DNA from: Opitutia bacterium UBA3534 | Lineage (GTDB): Bacteria; Verrucomicrobiota; Verrucomicrobiia; Opitutales; UBA3534 | Length of the DNA: 64,000 nucleotides | Direction of reading: 5' to 3' | NCBI GenBank assembly: GCA_002376875.1 | Contig: DFOT01000003.1 | Coordinates: 37,191-101,190 of the forward strand | Part shown: one piece after another, positions 1 to 8,264 of the stretch | Position numbering within the stretch: the first letter of the stretch is position 1 | Layout: each line of letters begins with the position of its first letter | Notes under the pieces: generated by a model | Told to the model about the DNA's origin: nothing | Databases searched by the model: none | What the model saw: only the letters and a program-made list of their open reading frames with translations | Position numbers and translations under genes: made by a program

Positions 1-1005
1 GATGCCTACTTGTACCAACATCTCACTCATTACGGGGTTTACTTTCCCAGGCATGATTGAAGAGCCAGGTTGAGTCGCTGGGAGGATAATTTCTGAGATG
101 CCAGAGCGTGGGCCTGATCCTAGTAGTCGTATGTCATTTGCGATTTTTATGAGGCTTGTCGCTACTGTCGTGAGGTGTCCGGCAACTTCAACACAGTCGT
201 CTCGTCCTGCTTGCGCCTCAAAATGATTATCTGCCTCTCTGAAGGCAATCCCTGTCTTTTCACAAAGGACTTGGATGACTTTTTGAGGGAATTCTGGGTG
301 GCAATTGATGCCAGTGCCTACGGCTGTTCCGCCTATGGCAAGCTCTTGTAGAGCTTGGATAGATTGGTTGAGACGCTGGATACTTTTGCGTACTTGGGCT
401 GCATAGCCGGAAAATTCTTGCCCTAGGGTCAATGGTGTTGCGTCCATGAGGTGGGTGCGGCCAATTTTAACAATATCTTTCCAAGCATGTGCCTTGGTCT
501 CAAGTGCTTGGGCAAGGCCTTCACATGCAGGGATGAGTTGGTCTTTGAGTGCTTGAGCTACTGAGAGGTGAAGCACTGTGGGCATTGTGTCATTAGAGGA
601 CTGTCCTTGATTTACGTCATCATTAGGGTGGATAGGGTCCTTACTCCCAATCGGCTTACCTAGCATTTGCGAGACACGATTGGCAATGACCTCATTGACA
701 TTCATATTTGATGAGGTGCCGGATCCTGTCTGGAATACATCAACAGGGAAGTGCTCATCTAGCTTTCCTTCATAAACCTCGAGTGCTGCCTTTTGAATCT
801 GCTGAGCCTTTTCCTTGGGGAGTGTTTCGAGGGCTTCGTTTGCGCATGCGCAGGCATATTTCAGAAGTCCCATACTTTTAATGAACCCTGGAGGCATTGT
901 ATGTCCACTGATCGGAAAGTTTAGCACAGCACGTTGAGTGGAGGCTCCGTATAAGGCTTCTTCTGGAACCTCGAGGGTGCCCATCGAGTCTTTTTCTTTT
1001 CTCAT
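1..1005 (-). CDS. fumC: Class II fumarate hydratase / aspartase-family lyase. N-terminal ~334 aa only; the 3' end runs off the window
   Basis: Own translation of the minus strand from ATG 1005..1003: MRKEKDSMGTLEVPEEALYGASTQRA... Family motifs QTGSGTSSNMNVNEV, HPNDDVNQGQSSND and GSSIMPGKVNP are present. The ATG overlaps the upstream stop (TAATG). FumC versus AspA is not fully resolved by eye. Confidence 0.8.
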   Translation of the reverse strand, partial: MRKEKDSMGTLEVPEEALYGASTQRAVLNFPISGHTMPPGFIKSMGLLKYACACANEALETLPKEKAQQIQKAALEVYEGKLDEHFPVDVFQTGSGTSSNMNVNEVIANRVSQMLGKPIGSKDPIHPNDDVNQGQSSNDTMPTVLHLSVAQALKDQLIPACEGLAQALETKAHAWKDIVKIGRTHLMDATPLTLGQEFSGYAAQVRKSIQRLNQSIQALQELAIGGTAVGTGINCHPEFPQKVIQVLCEKTGIAFREADNHFEAQAGRDDCVEVAGHLTTVATSLIKIANDIRLLGSGPRSGISEIILPATQPGSSIMPGKVNPVMSEMLVQVGI

Positions 1006-1835
1006 TATTTTTCCCCTAAACGGATTGAGAGTTGTAGGTCTTTTTTCCCCCTACGGACTCGAATCGGCAAAAGCTGTCCTGGGCGTGCAAAAAAGGTAAT
1101 ATTACGTAAATCTGCCAGGCTTTGGGTGGGTTTGCCGTCTAAGGATAAGATTACATCTCCAAATTCTAGATTTGCCTCATCTGCAGGTGAGTCCGGTATG
1201 ATTCGTGAAATCACAATAGGTTGCCCACTTAAGCGAACTGCGCCCTGGTCGACTTCTAAGCCTAAGTAGCTATAAGACACCTTTCCGGAAAAGATAATAT
1301 CATCTCTGACACGCTTGGCAGCTAGGGCAGGAAGTAGGAAAGAAGAGCGAATTTCAGGTAATGAGACGACCATCATGCCTATAAAGCGGCCATTAAGGTC
1401 AAAAACAGGAGAGCCTCCTTCTGCACCATCATGAGGGATATCGCAGCGAATATAGGTAGTAGGCCACATTTGGTCAGCATAATACGTATTATGCCCGGTC
1501 ACGAGGCCTATGGAGGGTCCCGGGTCCATTCCTAGTTTACAGGTTACACTGACTAAGAGTATTCCTGGCTCAGGAAGGGTATTGGTGTCTGTGAGAGATA
1601 CAGGATCAATCTCAGGTGGGTTGGTTACTCGGAGGATAGATAGATTTGTTTGAGCATCATACCCCAAGACTTGGGCTTCATAGGGGGTGCCTTGGTGTTC
1701 AATCCAGACATGAGAGGCCGCATGAGTAATGGTCGCATTCGTCATTACATGCCCTTCATTGCTAATAAAGAAGCCTGTTCCGATTTTTAAAATACCGGCA
1801 GTTTCCCCATCATCGATATCAATGGTAGCCAGCAC
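1005..1835 (-). CDS. HtrA/DegP-like trypsin-fold protein with a C-terminal PDZ domain; the 5' end appears disrupted by a frameshift
   Basis: The track ORF is 276 aa with a GTG start. It has a trypsin-2-like core (GTGFFISNEGHVMTN..., GGSPVFDLNGRFIGM) followed by a PDZ-like segment (IVISRIIPDSPADEANLEFGDVILSLDGKP). Sense-looking in-frame sequence continues upstream to 2003 with no start codon. Confidence 0.75.
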   Translation of the reverse strand: MLATIDIDDGETAGILKIGTGFFISNEGHVMTNATITHAASHVWIEHQGTPYEAQVLGYDAQTNLSILRVTNPPEIDPVSLTDTNTLPEPGILLVSVTCKLGMDPGPSIGLVTGHNTYYADQMWPTTYIRCDIPHDGAEGGSPVFDLNGRFIGMMVVSLPEIRSSFLLPALAAKRVRDDIIFSGKVSYSYLGLEVDQGAVRLSGQPIVISRIIPDSPADEANLEFGDVILSLDGKPTQSLADLRNITFFARPGQLLPIRVRRGKKDLQLSIRLGEK

Positions 1836-1930
1836 ACGGACGATAGCACCTTGGGTTTGCTGGTAGACGTCAAGCAGACGCTGCTGGAAGCTTAGGTATC
1901 CAGGTTCTTCAGCAAGAACGGGTAAAGTAC

Positions 1931-1996
1931 TTAAAAAAAAACCGCTACTAAAGTGAGTAGCCTTTTTCCTGGCTTTAAACGTGGGACAAGCAGCAT
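1931..1996 (-). other. 22-codon ORF encoding a signal-peptide-like N-terminus, stopped inside a T9 run; probably the detached 5' end of the protease gene
   Basis: Own translation from ATG 1996..1994 gives MLLVPRLKPGKRLLTLVAVFF, then TAA formed by the last T of the run (A9 on the plus strand, 1933..1941). One extra T would fuse it in frame to ...LSTLPVLAEEPGYLSFQQRLLDVYQQTQGAIVRVLATI. Confidence 0.6.
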
Positions 1997-2003
1997 GGGA
2001 GGG

Positions 2004-2468
2004 TTAGTAGACAGAGCTCATGTATCCTGAGAGAGCATTCGCGCCTATAGGGACAGCAGGGCTCACCACATAATAAGTGTTCTCTCCAGGGTTAATGTGT
2101 GAAGCATTTTGGGCAAGTACTTGTGTGTAAGTATCCTTAGAGGCAAGTACTGCCTGAAAAGAAGGAGTGCCTATAGCTTCAGGTTGTTGTGACGCCATTT
2201 GGGTAGAGGTATGGGCACCAAAAGAAATCATAGTCAGTACGAGTAGTGCGGCGATTGGGGCAGGGACCCATTTGATGCCTGACTTGAAGTAAGCTTGCCA
2301 GGCGCCGCGCCATGAAGGGCCTTGTTGAACAAAGGTTTGGAGTGTTTTCTTGTGCAGATCACGGTCAAATTGTTGCCAAAACTCTGGAGTGGGCTTTTCG
2401 TGGCGCTTAAGCTTTAGAAGGTCCTCTAGGGTAACTTGGTTAGAAAGACTGGGTTTCTTTTTAGGCAT
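2004..2468 (-). CDS. Putative anti-sigma factor (single-pass membrane protein) cognate to the upstream ECF sigma
   Basis: ATG 2468 lies 8 nt after the sigma stop (MPKKKPSLSNQVTLEDLLKLKRHEKPTPEFWQQF...). There is one TM helix (WVPAPIAALLVLTMISFGA). The track start at 2564 overlaps the sigma gene and is not favoured. Confidence 0.6.
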   Translation of the reverse strand: MPKKKPSLSNQVTLEDLLKLKRHEKPTPEFWQQFDRDLHKKTLQTFVQQGPSWRGAWQAYFKSGIKWVPAPIAALLVLTMISFGAHTSTQMASQQPEAIGTPSFQAVLASKDTYTQVLAQNASHINPGENTYYVVSPAVPIGANALSGYMSSVY

Positions 2469-2476
2469 AACAGGGT

Positions 2477-3115
2477 TTAGGGGTGTTGTATGTAATCCTT
2501 GAGATAAGCTTGGAGTTGCTGTTTGGCGTAAAAGAGCCGGGAGCGCACGGTAGCTTCTCTGCACTTCATGATTTTAGCTATTTCTTGATGAGTAAGTCCT
2601 TCAATTTCAAAAAGAACAACGACTGTTCTATGTTTTAAAGACAACATTTGCAGCCCTTCGTTCAATTTTTCTTGAAGTTCTTTCATAAAAGTAGGCTTAT
2701 CAGTTTTACTTTTTGATGAAAGATTCTCAATTATCTCACTTTGGGACACTTCATCAGGAAGCGCATCAAAATTAAAGAAGCGTCGACGGCGTCTTTTCTT
2801 GAGGTAGGTAAGGGTTGTATTCACACCTATTCTATAGAGCCAGGTGAAGAAAGAGGCGTTGCCTTTAAAGCGTTGGATGGACTGAAACGCTTTGATAAAA
2901 GTCTCTTGGGTTAGATCTGCAGCGTCTTCTCTGTTTGATGTTAGATTGTAGATCGTAGAGTACAAGCGCTCTCGGTACTTGGTCACTAATTGGTCAAAAG
3001 CGCTTACTTCGCCGGCTTGAACTTTTTGAACAAGAGCCCAGTCAGGATTATTTTCCTGGCTGATTGCTGGACTTGGTTTTGCCAGCACTTCGGTTCCTGC
3101 TTTGATGAAGTTCAT
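2477..3115 (-). CDS. ECF-type sigma-70 family RNA polymerase sigma factor
   Basis: 212 aa. Region 2 (DAADLTQETFIKAFQSIQRF...FFTWLYRIGVNT) and the region 4 HTH (RTVVVLFEIEGLTHQEIAKIMKCREATVRSRLFYAKQQL) are both present. Confidence 0.9.
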   Translation of the reverse strand: MNFIKAGTEVLAKPSPAISQENNPDWALVQKVQAGEVSAFDQLVTKYRERLYSTIYNLTSNREDAADLTQETFIKAFQSIQRFKGNASFFTWLYRIGVNTTLTYLKKRRRRRFFNFDALPDEVSQSEIIENLSSKSKTDKPTFMKELQEKLNEGLQMLSLKHRTVVVLFEIEGLTHQEIAKIMKCREATVRSRLFYAKQQLQAYLKDYIQHP

Positions 3116-3217
3116 AGACTAAACTTATATAGAAACACTTTACCATCCCTGTTGTTTTGGAGCAATCTTTAAAGAAATGTCGCACTAAAAAGACTTATAT
3201 TTGATTTTAGATTATTT

Positions 3218-4075
3218 TTATCTAAAAAGGAGTGTAGGTACACGGCAGCACCTTAGGAGTAGTGTTGTAGTACTTCCGATAAGGAGGTGTCGTATTTGGC
3301 TGTGCCCGTAGGCTCCCATAACCAGTAAATTGATATTCTGTTCTTCAATGTATCGGACGATGCTGTCCTCGACCTCGCCACTTAACATTTGAGTGCTCAG
3401 TGAGTAGCCTGCTTTTTTAAGAGTACTTTCGGCTTTTTGGAGCCGCTTTAACGAGAGCTCTGTATCTGCATTATCATCTACAGTGATAAGGTGTAGCTTG
3501 AATTTTTTGAAGGCCTTACTCTCATTTACAAAGAACTCCAGTGCTTTATTGGTGCTTGGGCTGTCATCATAGGCCAAGAGTATCTTTTTGATCGGGGTAA
3601 ATTTCCTGGAAGTAATGAGGCAGGGTTTCGTGCTAACGCGTATCACACGTTCTAGTGAAGAGCCCAAGTGCTCTGTAGCTAGGTTCGCATTTTCCCCGCG
3701 CTTACCTAAACAGATAAGATCAGGAGCATGATCGCTGACTTCTATATCTTCGATGTATTCGACTAGTGTGCCTGCATGATTGTGAAACGAAGGGGCCTTT
3801 TTGATGCCTGCCTCTTTGAAAAGTGTTTTGCAGCGTTGTTCAATGACTTTGACCTTTTCTTTTTCAATCTCTTGCATTTGTCCAAGGATATCTTGATAGG
3901 GTTGGATCCCTAGGCTGCCACATAGATCCGTAATCATAGAAGCCTGAAAGGGGCCTAGTTCAGAGATATAAGAGACACTCATAGTGGCTTTCATGCATTG
4001 AGCTAGCCAGGAAGCATATTCGCAGCAAACCTCTGAGTAGGGAGAGCCATCTGTGCAAACAAGAAAGTTCTTCAT
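3218..4075 (-). CDS. Tandem universal stress protein (two UspA-like domains)
   Basis: 285 aa with two Usp-like halves. The C-terminal half ends LVMGAYGHSQIRHLLIGSTT, and the first half contains LICLGKRGEN...HLGSSLERV. Confidence 0.8.
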   Translation of the reverse strand: MKNFLVCTDGSPYSEVCCEYASWLAQCMKATMSVSYISELGPFQASMITDLCGSLGIQPYQDILGQMQEIEKEKVKVIEQRCKTLFKEAGIKKAPSFHNHAGTLVEYIEDIEVSDHAPDLICLGKRGENANLATEHLGSSLERVIRVSTKPCLITSRKFTPIKKILLAYDDSPSTNKALEFFVNESKAFKKFKLHLITVDDNADTELSLKRLQKAESTLKKAGYSLSTQMLSGEVEDSIVRYIEEQNINLLVMGAYGHSQIRHLLIGSTTTLLLRCCRVPTLLFR

Positions 4076-4114
4076 CCCTTAGACTATAGTCTGTAGATGA
4101 AGTAGGCTCAAGGT

Positions 4115-6178
4115 TTAATCGCTTGAGTTAAAGACGAGCTCGCGATTAGCTTCGTTGAAGCGGCGGTACCCTTGACGAGGGAGGACATCTAAAAAGTATT
4201 TGCCGTAGCTTTTGCGAAACAGGCGCCCATCGAGGAGTGTGATGATCCCGGTGTCTGCCTTATTGCGGACGAGGCGGCCAAGCCCTTGGCGGAACTTAAT
4301 AAGAGCTTCCGGTAGGGTTATATCCATAAATGGGTTTCCTCCTTTGAGGCGCAGCCATTCATGAAAAGCTTGCTTGATAGGGTGGGAAGGGTTCTCGAAT
4401 GGAAGGCGGGTGATGATTACTTGAGATAGGGCAGCTCCGGGGATATCGATCCCTGTCCAAAAGCTATCTGTTCCAAGGAGGACTGCATTTCCTGCTTTTT
4501 TGAATTCTTGGATAAGCTCGTGCCGAGAATATCTTTTGCCCTGGATAAAAACAGGACGAGGGCTTGATACGAGGCGCTCTTCGAGTAACGGGCCGATTCG
4601 ATACATATCAGCATAGCTTGTGAAAAGGATAAGGGTTCCTCCAGAAACTTGTTCGATACAGAATGAGAGCGTATCTAGTAGATAGTCTGTATCGAGTCTT
4701 GACTCTCGGGGGCTTGGGTCGGGCGCATCGGTTGCAATATAAATTTGGGTGTTTCGCTCGAAATCAAAAGGAGATTTCTCGATAAAATGAGAAAACCCTT
4801 GAGCACCTACTTGCTCACAAAAGTGAGTCATGCTATTTCCTTGAGCTAAAGTTGCGCTCGTTAGGAGTACGGAAGTGTGGCGTGCGAATAGGACTTTCTC
4901 AAGATATGAAGCCACATCAATAGGGGCTGAGCGTAATGTAGGAATGTTGGTATTCTTACCAGAAGTCTCGGCCCAAAAGACCGAATCGGATTCTTCCAAG
5001 GTAATACAACGGAGTAGTCCGCTATGATAGCCTTGTAAACGTTTGCACTGGTTTTGGATTTCTTCAGCAAGAGCCTCATTGCTTGTTCTTTGGGTGAGGC
5101 TTGCAAGGCGTTGAATTAAGTTCTTGAGCGTGTTGCAGAAGCGGGTATCAATCCAGTCTGGTTCTGAAATGCGACTGATTTTCTTTTTTTCGAGGAAACG
5201 TTCGTGTACCGCATCAAAAAAAGCTTCAGCCTCAGAGAGCGCCATAGTGACAGCTGCTAGATCATCAGTGGATCCGCAGTTCGTTAGGATTCCCTTGTTG
5301 CGCTTTGGGTTGAAGAGCATTTTGAGGGTAAGAAAAATACCTGCAGCGCTGATACGTACGCCAAAGTGATCTCTGGCAATATCAGGAACTGTGTGAGCTT
5401 CGTCTAAGACAAGGAAATCTTCTGGGTACAAAATACCTGGGGTGCTGCCTTCTGGGTTTTGTCCTGCGCTAATGAGTGAAAACAGAAGGCTGTGGTTGAG
5501 TATGATGACGTGAGCCTTGCGTTGCTTGATGCGTGCTTTTTGATAAAAGCAAGTTTTAGGGCTGCAGCGCTTAGGGTTACAGGTAGTAGAATCTGCGTGC
5601 ACCCAATTCCAGACGTTGAAAGAGGGTTGAGGCATGAGTTCCTCTATAAGTCCTGTCTCGGTTGTTTCAGCCCATTGAGCAATGCGTTCTAGCTCTTGTT
5701 GGTCTGCAGAAGGGAATAAATCAATATGTGATTGCAGCGCTTGGGCGAGTCGTGTGGTACATAGGTAGTTGCCCCGTCCCACGAGGAGTGCGGCTTTAAA
5801 GTCTTGAAAAGGTTCAAGTTCAGGAGTGCTTTGGAAGAGTTTACGGCAAAGCTCCAGATCTTGAGTCAGGATTTGTTCTTGTAGGGATTTTGTATGCGTG
5901 GAGACAACAAAAGGACGTTCTTCTTGGACAGCTTTGAGAATGCCAGGGATTAGGTAGGCTAAGCTTTTCCCTACACCTGTACCGGCTTCAAAAAGTAAGG
6001 GGGTTTCTTCTGTAAAGCCTTGAGCAACGGAGCAAGCCATAGTGCTTTGCTCGGGCCTAAACTCTAGATTTAGAGCATTGTGTAGTAGGCCTTTGGGTTT
6101 GAAAATCTCTTCGGTTAGTGTTTGGAGATCAGGCGTGTCTGGGCATGCGGAAGGATGTGTTGCTGTACAGGCTTGCAT
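4115..6178 (-). CDS. dinG: DinG/Rad3-family ATP-dependent DNA helicase
   Basis: 687 aa. It has Walker A GTGVGKS, a DEAH box (VLDEAHTV), a Cys cluster (TTCNPKRCSPKTCF) typical of Fe-S XPD/DinG helicases, and C-terminal helicase motifs (TDSFWTGIDIPG). Confidence 0.85.
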   Translation of the reverse strand: MQACTATHPSACPDTPDLQTLTEEIFKPKGLLHNALNLEFRPEQSTMACSVAQGFTEETPLLFEAGTGVGKSLAYLIPGILKAVQEERPFVVSTHTKSLQEQILTQDLELCRKLFQSTPELEPFQDFKAALLVGRGNYLCTTRLAQALQSHIDLFPSADQQELERIAQWAETTETGLIEELMPQPSFNVWNWVHADSTTCNPKRCSPKTCFYQKARIKQRKAHVIILNHSLLFSLISAGQNPEGSTPGILYPEDFLVLDEAHTVPDIARDHFGVRISAAGIFLTLKMLFNPKRNKGILTNCGSTDDLAAVTMALSEAEAFFDAVHERFLEKKKISRISEPDWIDTRFCNTLKNLIQRLASLTQRTSNEALAEEIQNQCKRLQGYHSGLLRCITLEESDSVFWAETSGKNTNIPTLRSAPIDVASYLEKVLFARHTSVLLTSATLAQGNSMTHFCEQVGAQGFSHFIEKSPFDFERNTQIYIATDAPDPSPRESRLDTDYLLDTLSFCIEQVSGGTLILFTSYADMYRIGPLLEERLVSSPRPVFIQGKRYSRHELIQEFKKAGNAVLLGTDSFWTGIDIPGAALSQVIITRLPFENPSHPIKQAFHEWLRLKGGNPFMDITLPEALIKFRQGLGRLVRNKADTGIITLLDGRLFRKSYGKYFLDVLPRQGYRRFNEANRELVFNSSD

Positions 6179-6180
6179 GG

Positions 6181-7197
6181 CTATTTGAGGATTTGTTGTT
6201 TGCTGTGGAGTGTCTCAGCGATTTGAAGTGCATTCAGGGCAGCCCCTTTCCAGAGTTGATCACCTACAACCCAGAAGGCCAAGCCGTTGTCCAGGGCGGT
6301 GTCTTTGCGTAAGCGCCCGATCCCGCAATGAATGTTTTGTGTTTGGTTAAGAGGCATCGGGTAAGGAGGGGTAGCTTGGGTATCGTAATAATCAATGCCT
6401 GAGAACTCTTTTAGGGCAGCTTGGGCTTCACTTAAGTTAATAGGCTTTTGGAATTCTGCATTAATGGCAATCGCATGAGCCCGCATTGTAGGTACGCGTA
6501 CGCAAGTGGTCGAGACGTGTAGCTCGGGGAGTTCTAGGATTTTACGGCTCTCCTCGAGCATTTTGTGCTCCTCTTTAGTGTAGCCACTTTCTAGGAAACT
6601 ATCGACCTGAGGGATCAGGTTAAAGGCGATTGGGTGTGGGTATATTTTTGGTTGGGCAGGTTCATCTTTTTGCCAAGCGTTTATTTGGGTGCTTAGCTCA
6701 TTGATCCCTGCAACGCCATTCCCAGAGACGGCCTGGTAGGTGCTGGCAATAAAGCGTGTCAGGCCGAATTGTTGGTGTAAGGGGTAAAGCCCCATTAGGG
6801 CAATGGCTGTGGAGCAGTTAGGGTTTGCGATGAGCTGAGGTGCTTCATCGAGTGCTGAGGCATTAATTTCTGGGATAATTAGAGGGACCTCTGGGTCTTG
6901 TCGGAAGGCTGCGCTATTATCTATGATAATGCAGTCTTTGTTTTTTGCTTTAGGAATTAAGTCTCGAGCAACAGCATTGCTTGTACAGAAGAATGCGAGA
7001 TCAATTTCCTTAAAGGTATCTTCAGTGGCTTCCTGGGTAGATATTTGCGAGCCTCGGAAGGTGACGGAGGTTCCTGCGGAGCGGGCAGACGCTAGAGGTA
7101 GAAGTGTTTCGCAGGGGAAATTCCTTTCTTCTATGAGTTTAATGAGCTCTTGGCCTACGGCACCTAAGGCTCCTATGACGCCTATTTTATAATTCAT
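6181..7197 (-). CDS. asd: Aspartate-semialdehyde dehydrogenase
   Basis: 338 aa. N-terminal Rossmann motif IGVIGALGAVGQE, active-site region IANPNCSTAIAL, and overall Asd-like length and layout. Confidence 0.9.
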   Translation of the reverse strand: MNYKIGVIGALGAVGQELIKLIEERNFPCETLLPLASARSAGTSVTFRGSQISTQEATEDTFKEIDLAFFCTSNAVARDLIPKAKNKDCIIIDNSAAFRQDPEVPLIIPEINASALDEAPQLIANPNCSTAIALMGLYPLHQQFGLTRFIASTYQAVSGNGVAGINELSTQINAWQKDEPAQPKIYPHPIAFNLIPQVDSFLESGYTKEEHKMLEESRKILELPELHVSTTCVRVPTMRAHAIAINAEFQKPINLSEAQAALKEFSGIDYYDTQATPPYPMPLNQTQNIHCGIGRLRKDTALDNGLAFWVVGDQLWKGAALNALQIAETLHSKQQILK

Positions 7198-7232
7198 TTT
7201 CTGTAGTATTATTGATAGTCTTGGTCTTAGTT

Positions 7233-7724
7233 ATGTTAAAGCAAGCTATTAAAGAGGGTATAGTCGTTTCTATCGCACAGCAGTCTTTATCTTTTTATGC
7301 TGAAGGTAAGCTTTTGAAATCTTACCCTGTATCAACTTCCTTAAAGCCGCCTTCTTGTGAGCAGGATTCTTGGGGTACTCCTTGGGGAGAGCATATAATC
7401 ATAGACAAAATAGGAGCCCAAGCGCCTTTAGGGATGGTCTTTAAAGGCCGCAAGCCTACAGGTAAACTTTATACGGAGTATTCTGTTGAAGATCAGGCTG
7501 GAGACTTGATTACAAGCCGTATTTTGAGGCTTCGTGGGGAAGAAGAAGGGATTAATAGTGGTGGCAGTTGTGATACCTATAAGCGCATGATTTATATTCA
7601 TGGGACCAATCATGAGTCTAAGATTGGACAACCTCTTAGTAAGGGATGTATTCGAATGTGTAATAATGCCATTGCTGAGCTTTTTGATCTGGTTGAAGTG
7701 GGTACGCGCGTATGGATTAGTTGA
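7233..7724 (+). CDS. L,D-transpeptidase (YkuD) domain protein
   Basis: YkuD catalytic motif IHGTNHESKIGQPLSKGCIRM. ATG 7233 is preferred over TTG 7212 from the track. No obvious signal peptide. Confidence 0.75.
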   Translation: MLKQAIKEGIVVSIAQQSLSFYAEGKLLKSYPVSTSLKPPSCEQDSWGTPWGEHIIIDKIGAQAPLGMVFKGRKPTGKLYTEYSVEDQAGDLITSRILRLRGEEEGINSGGSCDTYKRMIYIHGTNHESKIGQPLSKGCIRMCNNAIAELFDLVEVGTRVWIS

Positions 7725-7764
7725 AGAACTCGCTAGCCCTTTTGGGTAGCGGATTTAAAAGCAG

Positions 7765-7792
7765 TTGACATTTCTCAAAAGGATTGCATACT
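7765..7792 (+). promoter_or_regulatory. Candidate sigma-70-type promoter for the flp/tad operon
   Basis: TTGACA (7765..7770), 16-nt spacer, CATACT (7787..7792), about 145 nt upstream of the flp ATG. Pattern match only. Confidence 0.3.
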
Positions 7793-7936
7793 CTTGATTT
7801 AGCTTTCACTTACTCTTAAGTGCGAGCAACTTAAACAAAAACGTCAATAAATATACCCCTGCTTCCGTTTAAGGCTATTTTTAACCCCTAAACCCTGGCG
7901 TGGGTGAACATTAAAAAACTCTAAAAACAAAGAACT

Positions 7937-8113
7937 ATGTCTCACAAAAAACAAGGACAAGGATTAGTTGAATACATCATTCTCGTAGGTTTGATTGCGC
8001 TACTCGTTTTCGGATTAGTAAAAGCCTTTGGTGATGAAGTAGGAGATACTATCGAAGAAATGACTGATTCCACCGAAGATGTCGGTAAGGAAATCAAAAA
8101 AGGCCGGAAGTAA
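7937..8113 (+). CDS. flp: Flp-family type IVb pilin (58 aa), absent from the supplied ORF track (<60 aa)
   Basis: Own translation: MSHKKQGQGLVEYIILVGLIALLVFGLVKAFGDEVGDTIEEMTDSTEDVGKEIKKGRK*. It has the Flp motif G/QGLVEY followed by a hydrophobic helix, and sits directly upstream of the secretin and ATPase genes. Confidence 0.8.
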   Translation: MSHKKQGQGLVEYIILVGLIALLVFGLVKAFGDEVGDTIEEMTDSTEDVGKEIKKGRK

Positions 8114-8264
8114 TTAGCCATTAGAATCGCTGAGACCTATCAGTCCTGATGGGTTCTTAGTGTTTCTAGTCGAATAATAATTTCCTTTTTTGTAGGGGCT
8201 CTCTTTTTTGAAAAAGAGCAGCTGTCTCCCTATATCTTTGAATAACGATTATATTAGTATCTTA

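Noticed and set aside
2469-2564. 32-codon N-terminal extension of the anti-sigma ORF overlapping the sigma-factor gene
   Set aside because: The extension overlaps the sigma gene's 3' end by 88 nt. ATG 2468, 8 nt after the sigma stop, gives a typical anti-sigma N-terminus.
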